From Perna viridis (lineage: Eukaryota), in NCBI GenBank assembly GCA_037379345.1, contig CM074512.1, positions 16,306,001-16,370,000 of the forward strand: 64,000 nucleotides of DNA, read 5' to 3'. Shown piece by piece: positions 63,634-64,000 of the stretch. Below the pieces are notes generated by a model. The model was given only the letters and a program-made list of their open reading frames with translations, was not told where the DNA came from and did not search any database. The position numbers were made by a program, and so were the translations under genes. Within the stretch, counting starts at the first letter, position 1. The number at the start of each line of letters is the position of its first letter.

Positions 63634-63803
63634 TCATGAATCATCTTTATGGTCTACAAGTGCTGATCTTATTCCAATTTTCTGAAGTTCTTCAACTAAT
63701 TCACCACTTTTATGCATCTCTACCAAAACATCACAACCACCAATAAATTCACCATTGAAAAATATTTGAGGAATAGTTGGCCAGCTACTGTAATCTTTTA
63801 TTC
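63634..63803 (-). CDS. GLRX5: Last coding exon of mitochondrial monothiol glutaredoxin-related protein 5
   Basis: Minus strand reads tacacag|GA ATA AAA GAT... and translates (G)[55 protein letters not shown]. It has the WPTIPQ and GGCD motifs and a C-terminus typical of animal GLRX5. Upstream exon(s) lie outside the window. Confidence 0.93.
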
Positions 63804-64000
63804 CTGTGTAAAAATAAACACAGCATCATGTTAGTGACAGAGTGGGAATACATTTTGAATACCTTATAGTTGGTGCTTAAAACTATTAAGCAGTGTAAGC
63901 TTGCCCACTTGACTGCCAAAGTTAAAACTGACAAGTTAATATAATGAATGGCAGAAAAAATACAAGCAACTAAAGTCAGTCACCTGGTAATGCAGTTGAT

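Noticed and set aside
63408-63746. 112-aa + strand ORF
   Set aside because: It overlaps the GLRX5 exon and 3' UTR in antisense and has no recognisable motifs.

Overview
Strongly AT-rich eukaryotic genomic DNA. The intronic repeat families suggest a bivalve mollusc (inference). Positions 1-59.7 kb hold the 3' part of one giant + strand gene whose 5' end lies upstream of the window. It has at least 76 tandem exons (1 partial, 73 of 141 nt, 2 of 144 nt), all GT-AG and phase 1-1. Each exon encodes exactly one 47-48 aa stripped-down, two-cysteine, spondin-type thrombospondin-1 repeat (TSR). Two further exons encode a C-terminal von Willebrand A domain with a complete MIDAS, followed by a stop (59645-59647) and AATAAA. 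If all exons are joined, about 3,776 aa are encoded in this window, with no C-terminal membrane anchor. Exons are near-identical even at silent sites while most introns are unique. They fall into blocks of subtypes with an AB-dimer periodicity and diverge toward the 3' end. Two broken exon fragments, chimeric exon flanks and a 50-bp minisatellite that multiplies a splice donor ten times record ongoing turnover. Introns carry MITEs, Helentron-like satellite-bearing elements, Penelope-like relics and minisatellites. At the right end, the last coding exon of GLRX5 lies convergently on the - strand and was missed by the ORF track.
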